Source of the DNA: Antedon mediterranea
Taxonomy: Eukaryota; Animalia; Echinodermata
Assembly: GCF_964355755.1 (NCBI RefSeq)
Contig: NC_092675.1
Coordinates: 27,252,912 to 27,316,911 of the forward strand
Direction: 5' to 3'
DNA length: 64,000 nt
Shown here piece by piece: positions 52,401-64,000 of the stretch (positions within the stretch are counted from its first letter, which is position 1; each line of letters starts with the position of its first letter). The notes beneath the pieces are model-generated. The model saw only the letters and a program-made list of their open reading frames with translations, did no database searches and was not told the DNA's origin. The position numbers and the translations under genes were made by a program.

Positions 52401-55400
52401 GCTTATTTTCCACATTATTGCAATTATAGGCCCATGTTGGATTTCTATTTACAAAAAAAATGTAGGCAAGTTTGTGACCTTTAAAAGACTGAGGAAAAAA
52501 ATTAATAACTTATACTAACTTATAAATTGTGTGTATATAGAACTTACTGCTATAGAAAGCAAAATCAGCAATGTCGCGGTCTCCTAAAGCATTTGAGACA
52601 TACAACTCTACTTTCATTCTGCCATGGTCATAAGCTAAATCTATATATTTATTATGTGTCGTTTTATTATTTCTACAAAAAAAAAAGAGAAAAACATCAT
52701 AATACATTTAGTCAATATTTATGAACAGTATATATGTGTACAGTATATATATACAGTATATATAAATACCACAGGAACTGCAGAATATTAATTCTAAACT
52801 GCCTGGTAATAAATAAATTAATTAATTTGAAATGATAAATAAATCTGTGAGAATGAGATGTAGATGCCCTAACCATTGAACTTTCAAACTATCAAATGTG
52901 GCACATCTTCATTTTTTTTTCACATCAAATTTGATAGTGTAGACAAAGCTTTACATTCTGTCTTTGACAAGGCAAATCCATGATTACATGCTGTAAGCAA
53001 ACTCTCCATAAACTTACAATAAAGTAGATGAGGCCCTTCCATAGAAAATTTGGTACACATTTGGAAGGTTTGTATCCAAGTCTCCAGGTAGCCATGTGCA
53101 TCTGAAATGTGTAATACTCGTCTCAAAGCATGTAAGATTTTTGACCGCTACCGGTTTACCTGTTGAAGGATATCAAATTTATTGTAATTGATAACTTTAC
53201 TGTACCATGTAGTAGTAATTGAGAAATCAATTAAGTACACAAAAAAGCTGACACAAGAATAAGTGGTGGTGCTAGACCACACCGAGATACAATGGTGAGG
53301 TATGATAAACAATCAAGACGTCACTCATGTGAATAAGGCCACCGATGCTAGTAGCTGTAAATATGTACGATTATTGACCGCTCCCTGTTTACCTGTTGAA
53401 GGATATTAAATTTACTATAATTGATAAACAAATTTAATACACACAAAGAAACATTTTGTTAGAAAATGATATTACAACATTATATATATATATATTTTTT
53501 TTTTTAACCATATTTAATGAGGGTGATCCATCCAGCTATTGCTGCAGTCATTAGGGACCCTTCACAAGACAAACATATACACAAGCTGCTCTACATAACA
53601 AAGTCTTATTACAAGTCTTTGGAAGTGGAGAATTTGGTTGGTCCTTAGAAAAAATCCTGACATGTGACGGGACTTGAACACAGGACCCTTGGAGTGGTAG
53701 CCAAGCATCATAACCACCAAGCCACAACTCCACCCAAAAAAAATTTGATAGGATATTCTGGGACCTGTTCACTAGATCGTTGACTGATGCTGCAGTCCTA
53801 GAATAAAGCCCATTCTGTTTTCTTAGAAAAGTTCATATTTATTTTGACTAATTGTAACATTTTATTTCTAGTTTTAAGGTTTAACTAAATTGAGTAATCA
53901 GAATATACCTACGTCCAAAAGTGATGAAGACCTCTTGGCTGTCATTAGAAACTTGACAAGAATATTTACCACTTTGATCAAAAGATGACATATTAATTCC
54001 CAAAATCGATTCATTAGATTCTAAAATGGTCTCAATAAAATACCATGTTATTGTATATCCTGTCATATCCAAGTTGCAGCGTAACTCTAATACATCACCC
54101 TCAATAAGTTCAAAAGTTTTTGGTTGGCTAGGCAATGTCACTGTAAAAGAAAAATTTGTTCAAAATTTCATTTTGAAAAAATTCATTCATTCTGTTATAG
54201 GTGTACTGGATTCAAAAGTGAAGGTGAAAGAAATGTCATAATCTACATTAAATGAAATGCTATTCATTAAGCATTATACGGTATATTTTGGAATATACCG
54301 TATAATAGCCACAAACGATGGGAATATTTATATATACGGTATATTCTTTATGAGACCCGTTTCTGCTGCCAAAAAATATACCGTATATAAAATATACCGT
54401 ATATATACGGTATATTTTTGGCAGCAGAAACGGGGCCATGTATGGATCTCTCAAAAAAGAACTTATTCCCTAATTTTCAAATCAAATTATAGCAAATAAA
54501 GTATATTCTAATCATTCATTTTAGGAACAATTACATTTTTATAATAATATGTCCGTCCATTTTTTCAACTTCCTTTTATAACCACAGGCTTTGTATATAA
54601 TTGTTTTGTATAATTTATATAGATTTATATATAATTTATATAGATTTTTATTAATTCATTTTTAAAATGTTATCTAAGCATACTACATATATATACTACG
54701 TTCTCAAAATAATGTGTGAAACAGAGACTACTGTACATCTTATCCTTCTTTTTTTAATTTAAAAAATAAATAATCAAATAAAATCAAATGATCATTGCTA
54801 ATAATTGATCAGAAAACTACAAGTATGTGTGAGAATTTCACTGTATGCACGTACTGTACGAAAGTACAATTTACAACATTTCTATTGTTTTTTTAAAATT
54901 TAGCATCGAAAATCTTAAAATTGATTTAAGTGCATGTGATATTAACAACATGATGCAACACCTTGTGCAATGTACTCAAAATGAAATTCTATGCGTTGAT
55001 TGGATGCTGAAAAATATAAATTTGGAAATCATTGTGAAACAACAAAAGAACAAGGGTGTGCTAACCAATGCTTACCGGTATTGTATCAGGAAACATTAAA
55101 AAAAAACACACAAAAACAAAGGAAGAAAATACAGATTTAAAAACAAAGTAAAAAAACAAGGTAGCCTGAAAACATGCAAGTCTGTGTCTGCAGTAAGGTC
55201 TGTCAGCCTGACATTAGGAGAACGAGCCCTATTTAGCGTGAGCTTTTGCCTCTGGCATCTTACTTGTTTATTTTTGCCTAAAGCCAGTCATTAATGTCTT
55301 AGGCAATTAATAAATCACGTAACACCTTGTTCATCTTCCAGGCTCAGCCTTCCTTGCTTCTGATTGGCTGCAATGCACAGCCTATTTTGGAATTGGTCAC

Positions 55401-58400
55401 TCATTGTATTTAGAAACCACCATTATACCATGGGTAAATTTTTTGCACACAAAATTAAAGAATGCAAGTGGCCTTGTGGTTAGCAAGGTCAGTTCTAATC
55501 TAACAGCAGGGAGCCAAAGAATGAACTGTAGAGATGAGTTTAAAATAAAAATTTGTGTTTTGTGCACCCAGACTAAAATCGCTGGAAAAGCAAAAACTTT
55601 TGTTTTGAAATTAAAACTATATTTATAAACTATTTCATGTTCTTCAGCTGAGATCTCAAAATGATCTCTATGGATTTGCCACCCCTCTAATGTTAAATAT
55701 ATAGGCCTATAATAAATAGTACAGTAATACTATTTCAAATTATAAGCAAACAATTAAATACTGTATTTTATAATCATATTTTATATAATAGTTACTTTAT
55801 GTCTCAATTATAAACCCCTTTTCTTGAGTATACCCCAATTGTATGCACATTTATGGAGGAAATATATATTTATGTTTTTCTCAATACATAATAGTTCAGT
55901 TTTTTTTTCACATTAATGTGACATTTGTTTGTCTAAGTTGTGTGAAGTAATGATACCAAAAATGTTAACTCTTAATTTGTAACTCCTGAATTGTAATCAA
56001 TAGATTAGGTCTAAGTAAATATTAAAAAATGGTTGTTAATGTTACAGATGGAACATTTTTGTTATAGGCCAGGATATCATTATTTTAACGATTACCTAAA
56101 AAATCAGATACTGTAATTAATACACTGAATAAAATCTGTATGTGCATGTTATATATTTATTTTAATTTGAAAATTAACAATTGCCATGTAAACATATATT
56201 ATGGGCCTAATTTGAATTAAATTTTATAGAGTATATATTCTTAAAAAATTCCTGTCCGTTAAAAAACAAGGCCAACAGCCATTAAGTCGCGTGCTACAAT
56301 GCATAGTGATACCGGACCGACCGACAGACAGACCGACAGACCGACCGACATAGTGAACTACTGAACATGTGTAAAAATGTTGAAATGTTTAAAAACATTT
56401 ATATTTTTTTAATTTACACGTGCGTAGCCTGTCACTTTTGACGTGCTCATATAACGTAATTTCTAGTTGAAAAGTAAGTCAAGAAAACAGAAATCGGGCA
56501 AAAAGAGTGCGCAATAACATTTAACGCGCAGTGCGCGCGCAAAAATCTGCGCACTCATGGCAATTTTGTAAACGCTTAAAATTGCCTGAAACGTACTCTT
56601 ATTTCATCGAAAATAAATTTTGAAAATTTTAAGCGCGCGTACGCATGCGTTACATGCGCTACGCACGTAATTGTATTGCCATATAATGATTTATGCCCTG
56701 AAATTTATGAGTACCAAATTTTATTTAATTGTGATTCATGGTTGTGAAGATATGATTACAAACGTGATTTCGTTAAATCGTGCGTAGACCGCGTAATTTT
56801 TTATTGCGCACCGTGAAAACATAACCACATCGATTCCTGGCCATAAGGAATATACTGTGAAAAATTGACTTAGCTAGATTAAACTGATATCAAGATAAGG
56901 TCAGAAAGCGATAACATGCATAGTGATACCGGACCGACAGACAGACGGACCGACCGACCGACATAGTGAACTATAGAGTCGCGTGCACGCGACTAAAAAT
57001 GTGAACCTGCATAATGCGATAAAGTATTGTTGGCACATATATTAAATCCCGTCACAGTATTATCTTGTATCCTTTAACATTTGGAATGAGTTGGTGCATG
57101 GTAAGATATAGGAATATGGATTATGAAGGGGATGAAAAAACGTGAAAAAGATAGCACAATTTCTCAAATAGGTATACCGTACGTACAATTTCTCAAAGAA
57201 GTAGCACAACTTTCGGAATGGATTGCACAATTTCTCAAAGAGGTAGCACAATTTCCCGAATGGTTAGCACAATTTCTCAAAGAGGGAGCACAATTTCTCA
57301 AATGGTTAGCACAATTTCTCAAAGAGGTAGCACAATTTCCCGAATGGTTAGCACAATGTCTCAAAGAGGTAGCACAATTTCCCAAATGGTTAGCACAATT
57401 TCTCAAAGAGGTAGCACAATTTCCCGAATGGTTAGCACAATTTCTCAAAGAGGTAGCACAATTTCCCGAATGGTTAGCACAATTTCTCAAAGAGGTAGCA
57501 CAATTTCTCAAAGAGGTAGCACAATTTCCCAAATGGTTAGCACAATTTCCCGAAAGGATTGCATAATTTCTCAAAGAGGTAGCACAATTTCCGGAATGGT
57601 TAGCACAATTTCTCAAAGAGGTAGCACAATTTCCCGAATGGGTAGCACAATTTCTCAAAGAGGTAGTAGCACAATTTCCCGAATGGGTAGCACAATTTCT
57701 CGAATGGTTAGCACAATTTCTCAAAGAGGTAGCACAATTTCCCGAATGGTTAGCACAATTTCTCAAAGAGGTAGCACAATTTCCCGAATGGGTAGCACAA
57801 TTTCTCAAAGAGGTAGCACAATTTCCCGAATGGTTAGCACAATTATTTCTCAAAAAGGTAGCACAATTTCCTGAATGTTGCATATTGCACAATTTCTCAA
57901 AGAGGAGCACACTTTCTCAAATGTAGGTAGCACAATATTTCGTGATTGTATGACCAAAATTGTACTGGGAAGGTTTTAAACAATATTTAAAAAAATCACA
58001 GTGTGCAGAGGTTAGAGGGGTTGGAGGCTTAGTGATTTGCTGGGGTTAGTATCAATGACCACATGAGTAATGTGAACTGGGGGTATGTTTTAACTGCATT
58101 TGAAAACCGTCATAAAGCCGGGGTGTGCAATAGAATTTGTACCAGGAAGTTTAACATTATAAGTTAAAAAATCCCCGAGTGCGGGTGTGTGTTGGGGAGG
58201 TGGGTGCATTTTAGGGCATCTGGATAATGAGTTATCAAATGATCGGGAATGTACTGTGAAGTTTTAAAACTACATAGGAAACCCGCCCGGGCGTGTATAA
58301 TTGCTAGTCATCAATGTTTTAAAATACTAGAGTGCTAAAGTGAACATAATGTATGTAGGCCTATGTGCAGTTTTCTTAGAATAACATAAACAACTAAAAT

Positions 58401-61400
58401 GAGGCATAATCGGAAATCCCTCTATTATAATATCGTACTGTATAACATCAACTTGTTATTACACAATAAAAAAGATTGTTATTTATATGGGTTTCGTTTA
58501 TGTTTATTAACATTCATTCAATTACATTTTTTTAAATAAAAAGATTTATTTTTTAGATTTTTTAGTATTATTAATTAATTCATATATCTGGTCCTATATA
58601 CTAATATAGCGCAAACACTTTTTGGGAAGCGTATGGGTACCACCCCCTACGGCTACATTATTTTATTTGAATTTCCCGCTCATATTCTCAAAAATTGTAG
58701 GCCTACCTATACCAGGGAGTTGTTATTAATAACAACTCCCTGCCTATACCTCAGCCCGAGTCTGATGTGATGGTGTACCTCTTGACATCCCTACCAAATC
58801 CCATCGCACCATCCCAGTTTATTTCAGAATCCATTTGTAGTAGGCTATGTATTTCATTGGTAAATTAATAAAATTAAAATTATTCAATTGTAATTGGTTG
58901 ATCGCTTGACTACTCAATCTAAGGTTGAACTTTGTAGCTCCCCATACAATGTTGTTAAAATGTACAAAATCGAAAAGGAAACATGGAAATAAAGGCTTAC
59001 TTAAATAATTATAAGGCGTGAAAAGGCTATTATATAAATATTCATTTATTTCATGAAATCAAACTATTACCTAATCATTAAAACATGCTGTAACTGAAAC
59101 CTGATGCTGTCGGTGATTGGCTGTTGGCAAACAAAGTGGGCTTGGCCTCTTTTAGTACCCAGATACTTTCCTGCATGATTGATGGCCACTGTTCTGTTAA
59201 TTACCCATCAACAAGACTGATCAGGGTCAAAACAATTACAGGCAATTATAGTACCCCAGGTTAGCCGGGGTACTAAAAGCTCACGTTAAATAGGGCTCGT
59301 TTTCCTAATTAATTCTGTGCAAGGCTGCAGCCTATTGTGATATGTAGCTACAAGCTTGGAATTATGTGCAAGTATGCATCCAGAAGACTATTCAAACCTG
59401 CAGCCATGTAGAATTCTATCCAAGGCTGCAGCAACATTATTTTGCAGCGGCAAAAGTCTGCTGACATTTAAATCTTTCAACTCATTAAAATATTTTCCTT
59501 ATTCAACTCATAAGACATTCATAATTATTTGAACGCTATCAATGCATGAGACCGTTGTTTACAAAAGTGAAGAATTCCTGTGAAAAAAAGTCTAAAGCCT
59601 GGGCAGTTGGTTCAGGAAAAAGATTCAAAAACATAATCAATTTGATTTTAATCATACAAAAAATTTTTTATTTTAAAGTGTTTTATTTTCATAGAAGCAC
59701 AAAAAATATTTTTTGTTGACCTTTTTATAACTTAGAGAATGAGTAGGAAAAAATTAACTGTAAATATAGCACCAAAATAAATAACAACTTTAAGTTGCTA
59801 TTATGTGATTAGAACATGTATGGTGTAAACAACATGCCTTCTCCCCTTGGGTAGGCCTACGTCTACAGACATCATCAAACCATGTTATGAGCAATGTGTG
59901 TTGAGGTCGTTCTTTTTATACTGAACAATCAGCAAATCAAAATGGTGGAATTATTTTTTTCATACACATTCAAATTTTGTTCCATGTTACACACATTTTT
60001 CATTCATTTATAAATTTTTGATGTTCTCAATATATTCCTATATTAATATATAGTAAATGTGTTAATTACTAAACGTATTATTATTTACGACAGAAACATG
60101 TTTTTTAACCAATGTTTGATTTATTTTTATTGAAATGAACATTTCAAATTATCAAGGGCGGATACAGTGGTGATAGCGCCATATTTTGTTTATACGAACT
60201 GCTACAGTATTGATATTGTGGATCACCATTATCAATAAGATACCTTTTTAGCCTCAACTTTGAATTAAACTTTATCTACAAAAACATCAAAAATATAAAA
60301 AAAACAATCCAGGTTGCTTCTGGATATTCAAGGCTAGACAATTAAACATAAATGGTAATAAAGTTGAAAGAATTGAGTGTTGATGAGAGATAAATATTAA
60401 TTGGGAGATCATTCCATAGTTTTGGCATGTACTTGAGAAAGATCTGTGTAGTGTTACAAAGACGCCAGCCTAGTTAAATCAATGAAGGACCAATTCTACC
60501 TTGTTCACCTAATAAAAAAATTGAAATACAGATGGATCCTATTATTTATTAGTAAACCTGTATCTTATTCTTAAAGATGTATTGTCCCCCTGAAAAAATA
60601 ATTCTTAAAATAATTTTTGTTGAAATATTCCATTTTAATGTAACATAATAGCTATCCATTTTGGACCAAAAATTTTAGGTCGAAAAAAAAAAAGTATTTA
60701 CCTGAAGAAAATGTAATTTAAAGCAAACATTTTTTTGGTTGAATTTAACCTTTTATTTTGTCATTTTATAAGTGAAAACATTATTTTTTCCGTTTTTTTT
60801 CCTACGAAAGTGATAAACTTTATTAAAACTACAAAATAACCTATTCAAAGTCTGATTTAATTAATCTTCATTTTTCATATTTTTTGGGGGACAATACATC
60901 TTTAAAAATATTAAGAAAGTTATAAAGTGATGAAAGTTATTGAATTAAAGATAGAAAAAAACTTATTAAGTAATCTTAAATGTTTACAAAATTGAAGTAC
61001 ACTGGCGTATAAGCTTTTACAGAAGTCTCCAATGTATTTAAAGATTGTTGTCATCAATCACAATCCAGTTCATTTAGCTCGATATATATCAGTTCTTGAT
61101 GTTTAATTGAAATACAGAAAACAAACTACTAAAACTATATCAAATGATATAATATATCATCTGGACATCAAAACATGTATGTGAATCTAAAAAAAAAAGA
61201 ACATCAGATAACACCAAGTAACTGCAATACCAGTTAAATATATATTGTCCCCCTGAACAAAATATTTTCTAAAATGTTTTTGTTGAATTTTTATGTCAGA
61301 TAACAGTTATTCACTTTGATCAAAAATTGGATTGAAAAACAATTATTTAACATGAAAAAACAATAATTTTAAGCAAAAAAAATAGTCAAACTGGATGGAA

Positions 61401-63101
61401 GTCAATAAGCGTTTTGTTGAATTTAACCAGTTAATTTGTCTTTTTATAAATGTAAACACTATTTTTTGTAGTTTTGTTTTTCTACAAAAGTGATTATACT
61501 TTATTAAAACTGTGAAATGGCCTTTTCAAAGTCTTTTTTTATTCATCTTAATTTTCCTTTTTTGGGGGGGGGAACAATACATCTTTAAATTATATTAAGT
61601 GTTCAGTAAAGTTTGCAAGTTAGGGAGTAATTTCCTGTTTCCTGTATCAAGTACCTCCTATAGATATAAAATTCCAGGTACTCTTGAAAGGAAAAAAAAA
61701 TAGCTTTAAGAGTATTTAAAAATATCAGCACCTTATTTTTGTTTTTTTCTTCAATATTTGAATTGCAATATTCTGTCTTTTGTCTTCATCAACAGATTTA
61801 AACTTATTTCCACCTTTTTCCCATTTTTTTGAATCACTTAAACCTAGCTAGAGCAATTTCTTGTCTCCACTGTATCGTTCACATGGGGGTTCGGGGAGAG
61901 GAGTTATGTATTTTTGCTTCGTCATGTTATTTTTATACTATTTTACTCATATTTAAAATTTTTTTTTTTAATTGTGTTTTTCTTGTACATTGCTGGTCGT
62001 GTGACCCGAGGGGGTCGTAGGGTTGATTCGCAATCACACATTACAACTGTCTCATTTATATGGCAATATCTGTGTTCTTAAGAAGTCCATTTTGGTAATG
62101 TTGTCTATTGTTTTGATTTTTATTTTTTTTTTGGACGATTAGTTTATTTACATTTTCGTGATTTATAGTTCTACAATACATAAGATTAGATACAATGACA
62201 TGAACGAACAACATGATAAATGAAAAGACTATGCAAAACACACTATATTACATTTTATGCTATGCATCATTTGTGACTATAATGGCCGAGAGATACAAGA
62301 ACGTGACAAATTTTACTGAACCTCTCTAACGATCTTATAAATAAAAAGAGAGAATATTTTTTTTAGCATTTCCAAGATATACTTTTGTAGTTCACATTCT
62401 GTTCAATGACACTACACCAGTTATAAATATTACTATGTACATAATTATACAATGAATGTTTATGAGTTATGGAGAGAATATTTTCATGCATAAAAGATTG
62501 ACAAGGTGGAGTCGAGTAAGTCAGACTTGATGGAGATTTAAAATATTCTCCCTATTATTTGTTAGAACACTGTACACGTTAACCCATATATTGTGTATTA
62601 TCTTTGGCTATGACTCAAATTTAGGGGGATGGGAGAAGCTTCCAGAATTCGCCATGGCATATGATAAAATATTAACCAATCAGATAGATGTGTAGAATTT
62701 TTTTTTACAGTAGTTATACGCACGAAAAATGTTTTGCTCCATGCTTGGATCCACCCCTAACTAATGTTACGTCGGATACATGCTTTTGGACATAAATCAG
62801 TGTTTTATTGGGGTTATAAAGAGAGATTTTTCTAATCACACAAGCAGTTGTGATGGTTGTAAGTCACAATATAAATTGGATAAGCTTAAATCTTATGCAG
62901 ACTTAGCAGTGTGTGTGTGTGAACACAGTTAATAACGGTACTTTAAAGTAACAATCATTGTGACGAACTGTAAAGTATAAATGCTATATAAGTAGGCCTG
63001 ACAATCATCTTACCTTGCTTATTGCAATAGACGTGTGCAAGAGAATGCAACATGATAATGGCAGTAAATATAAATGATGCCATATTGAACGAATTCTTCA
63101 T
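39883..63101 (-). CDS. Class I cytokine receptor-like gene (gp130/IL6ST-LIFR-Domeless type), 11 coding exons, 615 aa
   Basis: Eleven exons join in compatible phases with GT-AG sites, 1848 nt in total. Order: signal peptide, Ig (C...W...YSC), NLTC..x..CTWLPG, VELYVSNALG, YEVQVAVR...KWSDI, WKELPPEKQNGHLLRY, YIVNITAHNSVG, TM, Box1-like KPLPEP, Ser/acidic tail with five Tyr. Confidence 0.85.
41154..41287 (-). CDS. Receptor exon: transmembrane helix and Box1
   Basis: KEYIAVIIIVSIVFVTLLIIFIIIICCMKKADCMKPLPEPKFFK; phase 1 to 0. Confidence 0.9.
41452..42105. repeat. Local tandem duplication in a receptor intron (two ~270-380-bp copies)
   Basis: taagataaatccttctggaaataacac at 41518 and 41843; gattcatacagacccaaatgaatgctg at 41669 and 42059. 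Confidence 0.85.
42128..44157. mobile_element. Non-autonomous TIR DNA transposon inserted in a receptor exon
   Basis: TIR aggtatcccaatg / cattgggatacct; 9-bp flanking repeat acttgcagt (42119-42127, 44158-44166). The TSD/TIR boundary is ambiguous because the target is near-palindromic. Confidence 0.85.
44160..44261 (-). CDS. Receptor exon: FN3 D4, part 3 (3' end interrupted by a TE)
   Basis: DLPSDKDYIVNITAHNSVGYTTISSSFVAGQLTA a|gtaggt; the ancestral exon end and donor now lie at 42112 on the far side of the TE. Confidence 0.82.
44352..44509 (-). mobile_element. MITE family A, copy 5
   Basis: tctgtctacactatcaaactag...gatagtgtagacagagc. Confidence 0.8.
44640..45247. mobile_element. hAT-like MITE
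   Basis: Termini aggggtggatct / aaatccgcccctg; no clean TSD. Confidence 0.55.
45394..45517 (-). CDS. Receptor exon: FN3 D4, part 2
   Basis: ELPPEKQNGHLLRYKITVFSDD...QVEFT; gp130-like WK.LP...NG..L.Y motif; phase 0 to 1. Confidence 0.88.
46259..48113 (+). mobile_element. 5'-truncated CR1-clade LINE (ORF2 reverse transcriptase)
   Basis: NPKSFWKY, YRPVSLTS, QHGFRKGRSC, DFSKAFD, GVPQGSVLGP, FADD, IRPHLEYA, TRGH motifs. One in-frame stop (46935-46937) splits ORF2. 3' tandem repeat AAGATTCAAGT. Confidence 0.96.
48359..48432 (-). CDS. Receptor exon: FN3 D4, part 1
   Basis: PPEGTVDGNCNWKDGYDVLTCNWK|gtacga; phase 1 to 0. Confidence 0.85.
48833..48989 (-). CDS. Receptor exon: D3, second half, with degenerate WSxWS
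   Basis: ...PTGYKEYEVQVAVRYSREDNINKWSDIVVVMKEET; phase 0 to 1. Confidence 0.88.
49110..49300 (+). mobile_element. 3' fragment of a Rex1/Babar-like LINE
   Basis: RFQSIASRTNRFRNSFYPSAIRILN stop, short UTR, (ttgaa)n tail. Confidence 0.65.
49352..49506 (-). CDS. Receptor exon: D3 (FN3), first half
   Basis: IMYPPKNVVGRIENDTLLKVNWDPTKYRIEHVYVVSYKE...; phase 1 to 0, donor gtatgt. Confidence 0.88.
50230..52230. mobile_element. Modular non-autonomous DNA element with ~346-bp tandem units and internal inversions
   Basis: tcgagggtcaaatgt recurs near 50628, 51230, 51575, 51921; 50260-50360 is the reverse complement of 50500-50600. Boundaries approximate. Confidence 0.7.
52548..52672 (-). CDS. Receptor exon: D2, second half
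   Basis: NNKTTHNKYIDLAYDHGRMKVELYVSNALGDRDIADFAFYS; NALG motif; phase 2 to 1. Confidence 0.85.
53018..53159 (-). CDS. Receptor exon: cytokine-receptor homology D2, first half
   Basis: KPVAVKNLTCFETSITHFRCTWLPGDLDTNLPNVYQIFY; C-x9-C-x-W signature; phase 1 to 2, donor gtaagt. Confidence 0.9.
53235..53392 (-). pseudogene. Degenerate tandem duplicate of the D2 first-half exon
   Basis: 53375-53430 repeats the acceptor region 53141-53195; translates KQGAVNNRTYLQLLASVALFT* against KPVAVKNLTCFETSITHFRCTW (TGG to TGA). Distal boundary approximate. Confidence 0.65.
53495..53731 (-). mobile_element. tRNA-derived SINE
   Basis: Head ggagttgTGGCTTGGTGGtta...gtGTTCAAGTCCc (A and B boxes), unrelated body, poly(A) tail. 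Confidence 0.7.
53913..54140 (-). CDS. Receptor exon: Ig-like domain
   Basis: ttttacag| TLPSQPKTFELIEGDVLELRC...ITWY...DQSGKYSCQVSN...FG c|gtaggt; 228 nt, phase 1-1. Confidence 0.9.
56262..56999 (-). mobile_element. Helentron-associated non-autonomous element (HINE/DINE-1-like)
   Basis: T-run flanks, terminal palindrome agtcgcgtgcacgcgact, (gtcg/gtct)n microsatellite, distal subterminal cacgcgact plus hairpin. Confidence 0.75.
57152..57936. repeat. Minisatellite of alternating 21-bp units (42-bp dimer)
   Basis: tagcacaatttctcaaagagg alternates with tagcacaatttcccgaatggt; explains the three long ORFs here. Confidence 0.95.
60575..60901. mobile_element. Kolobok-like MITE
   Basis: TTAA TSD, same TIRs and interior as 38601-38947. 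Confidence 0.85.
61238..61584. mobile_element. Kolobok-like MITE (more diverged)
   Basis: TTAA|atatatattgtccccc...ggaacaatacatct|TTAA. Confidence 0.78.
63014..63101 (-). CDS. Receptor exon: signal peptide
   Basis: Acceptor ttttcag at 63103; MKNSFNMASFIFTAIIMLHSLAHVYCNKQ g|gtaaga; phase 1 fits the Ig exon. Confidence 0.72.
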
Positions 63102-63483
63102 TCTGAAAAAGGAAGAGAAAAATTGGATTCTTAGTAGCCTATTACATAATGTTAATGGATATTTGACTTGCATGTTAGAGGAGGCATGGGTTCATATTGA
63201 TTGCTTTTAGGCAAGACTCATTGCCTCATCTTTCGAATTGAATGTGAAGTTGTATCCTATGCAATGTGTCCTGTGGTTAAATAGTCTGGTGAATATGGAT
63301 CCTTTACAGAGTCTAAACAGACCTGAAACAGTGGAATACATATTTCCAAACCCAGGTCTGTTAGGATTCTCTGTAAAGGCAGCGTGGAAAAGAGATGAGG
63401 GTACCCAGGCTTAGGCCTAAGAGGTTGAGAAAAAAATCGCGAGCGGGAATGACATACGCCACCAATAGTTTGACTTTTCAATT

Positions 63484-63657
63484 CAATTCAAACATTTCAT
63501 TCAAAACATTTCATTCAAAACATTTCATTCAAAACATTTCATTCAAAACATTTCATTCAAAACATTTCATTCAAAACATTTTATTCAAAACATTTTATTC
63601 AAAATATTTCATTCAAAACATTCAATTCAAAGCATTTAATTCAAAACATTTCATTCA
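63484..63657. repeat. 14-bp tandem repeat (ttcaaaacatttca)n
   Basis: About 12 units; source of ORF 63395..63739. Confidence 0.9.
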
Positions 63658-64000
63658 TATATCGCGCCATTCAATTCATATCGATGCATTTCATTCAAAT
63701 ATCGCGTCATACAATTCTTATCATCGAAATGTTGCATAAACGGCGTTCCATACAGTATAAAGAAAAAATAAAATAAAAAATCAAAATTTATATAAGCATT
63801 GTAATAGCCAAAAAAAAGAATATGTTTCATACATACATACATTTTTTTCTAAAAATAATATTTAAAACAGGCATATGTTTCTGACTTTACCATAAATGGG
63901 CTGTATAATACAGATCTCAAAATTGCATTTTAAGCTTTATATACAAAGTTCAAAGATATAAAGTAGTTTACCAAACAATGTTTATGAAGCTTCAGGAAAT

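Noticed and set aside
60980-61190. Possible extra receptor exon behind a strong minus-strand acceptor
   Set aside because: Stops in all three frames within about 50 nt.
61648-61683. Possible short minus-strand microexon between the signal and Ig exons
   Set aside because: Weak sites and no domain signal; the signal and Ig exons already join in phase.

Overview
AT-rich animal genomic DNA, probably an invertebrate (inferred from spliceosomal introns and the TE repertoire; taxon not provable). Two convergent intron-rich genes can be assembled by hand, and the ORF track mostly misses both. (1) Plus strand: a myophilin/Mp20/transgelin-type calponin-family gene (CH domain plus one calponin repeat, 193 aa). 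Its single body (exons at 33223-35972) is preceded by three paralogous 17-codon first exons (11309, 13190, 18331), and a broken paralog lies upstream (7774-9510). (2) Minus strand: an 11-exon, 615-aa class I cytokine-receptor-like gene of the gp130/Domeless type (signal peptide, Ig, cytokine-receptor homology module, one extra FN3, TM, Box1, Tyr motifs; 63101 to 39883). One of its exons is interrupted by a 2-kb DNA transposon whose junction supplies an in-phase splice donor. The rest is TE-rich: Kolobok-like, Mutator-like, Harbinger MITEs, Helitron, Helentron-type elements, LINEs, tRNA-SINEs and minisatellites. Many tiny hairpins with 7-bp duplications and over-represented TAGGCCTA/TACWGTA words look like transposon excision scars. 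All gene models are manual and lack transcript support.
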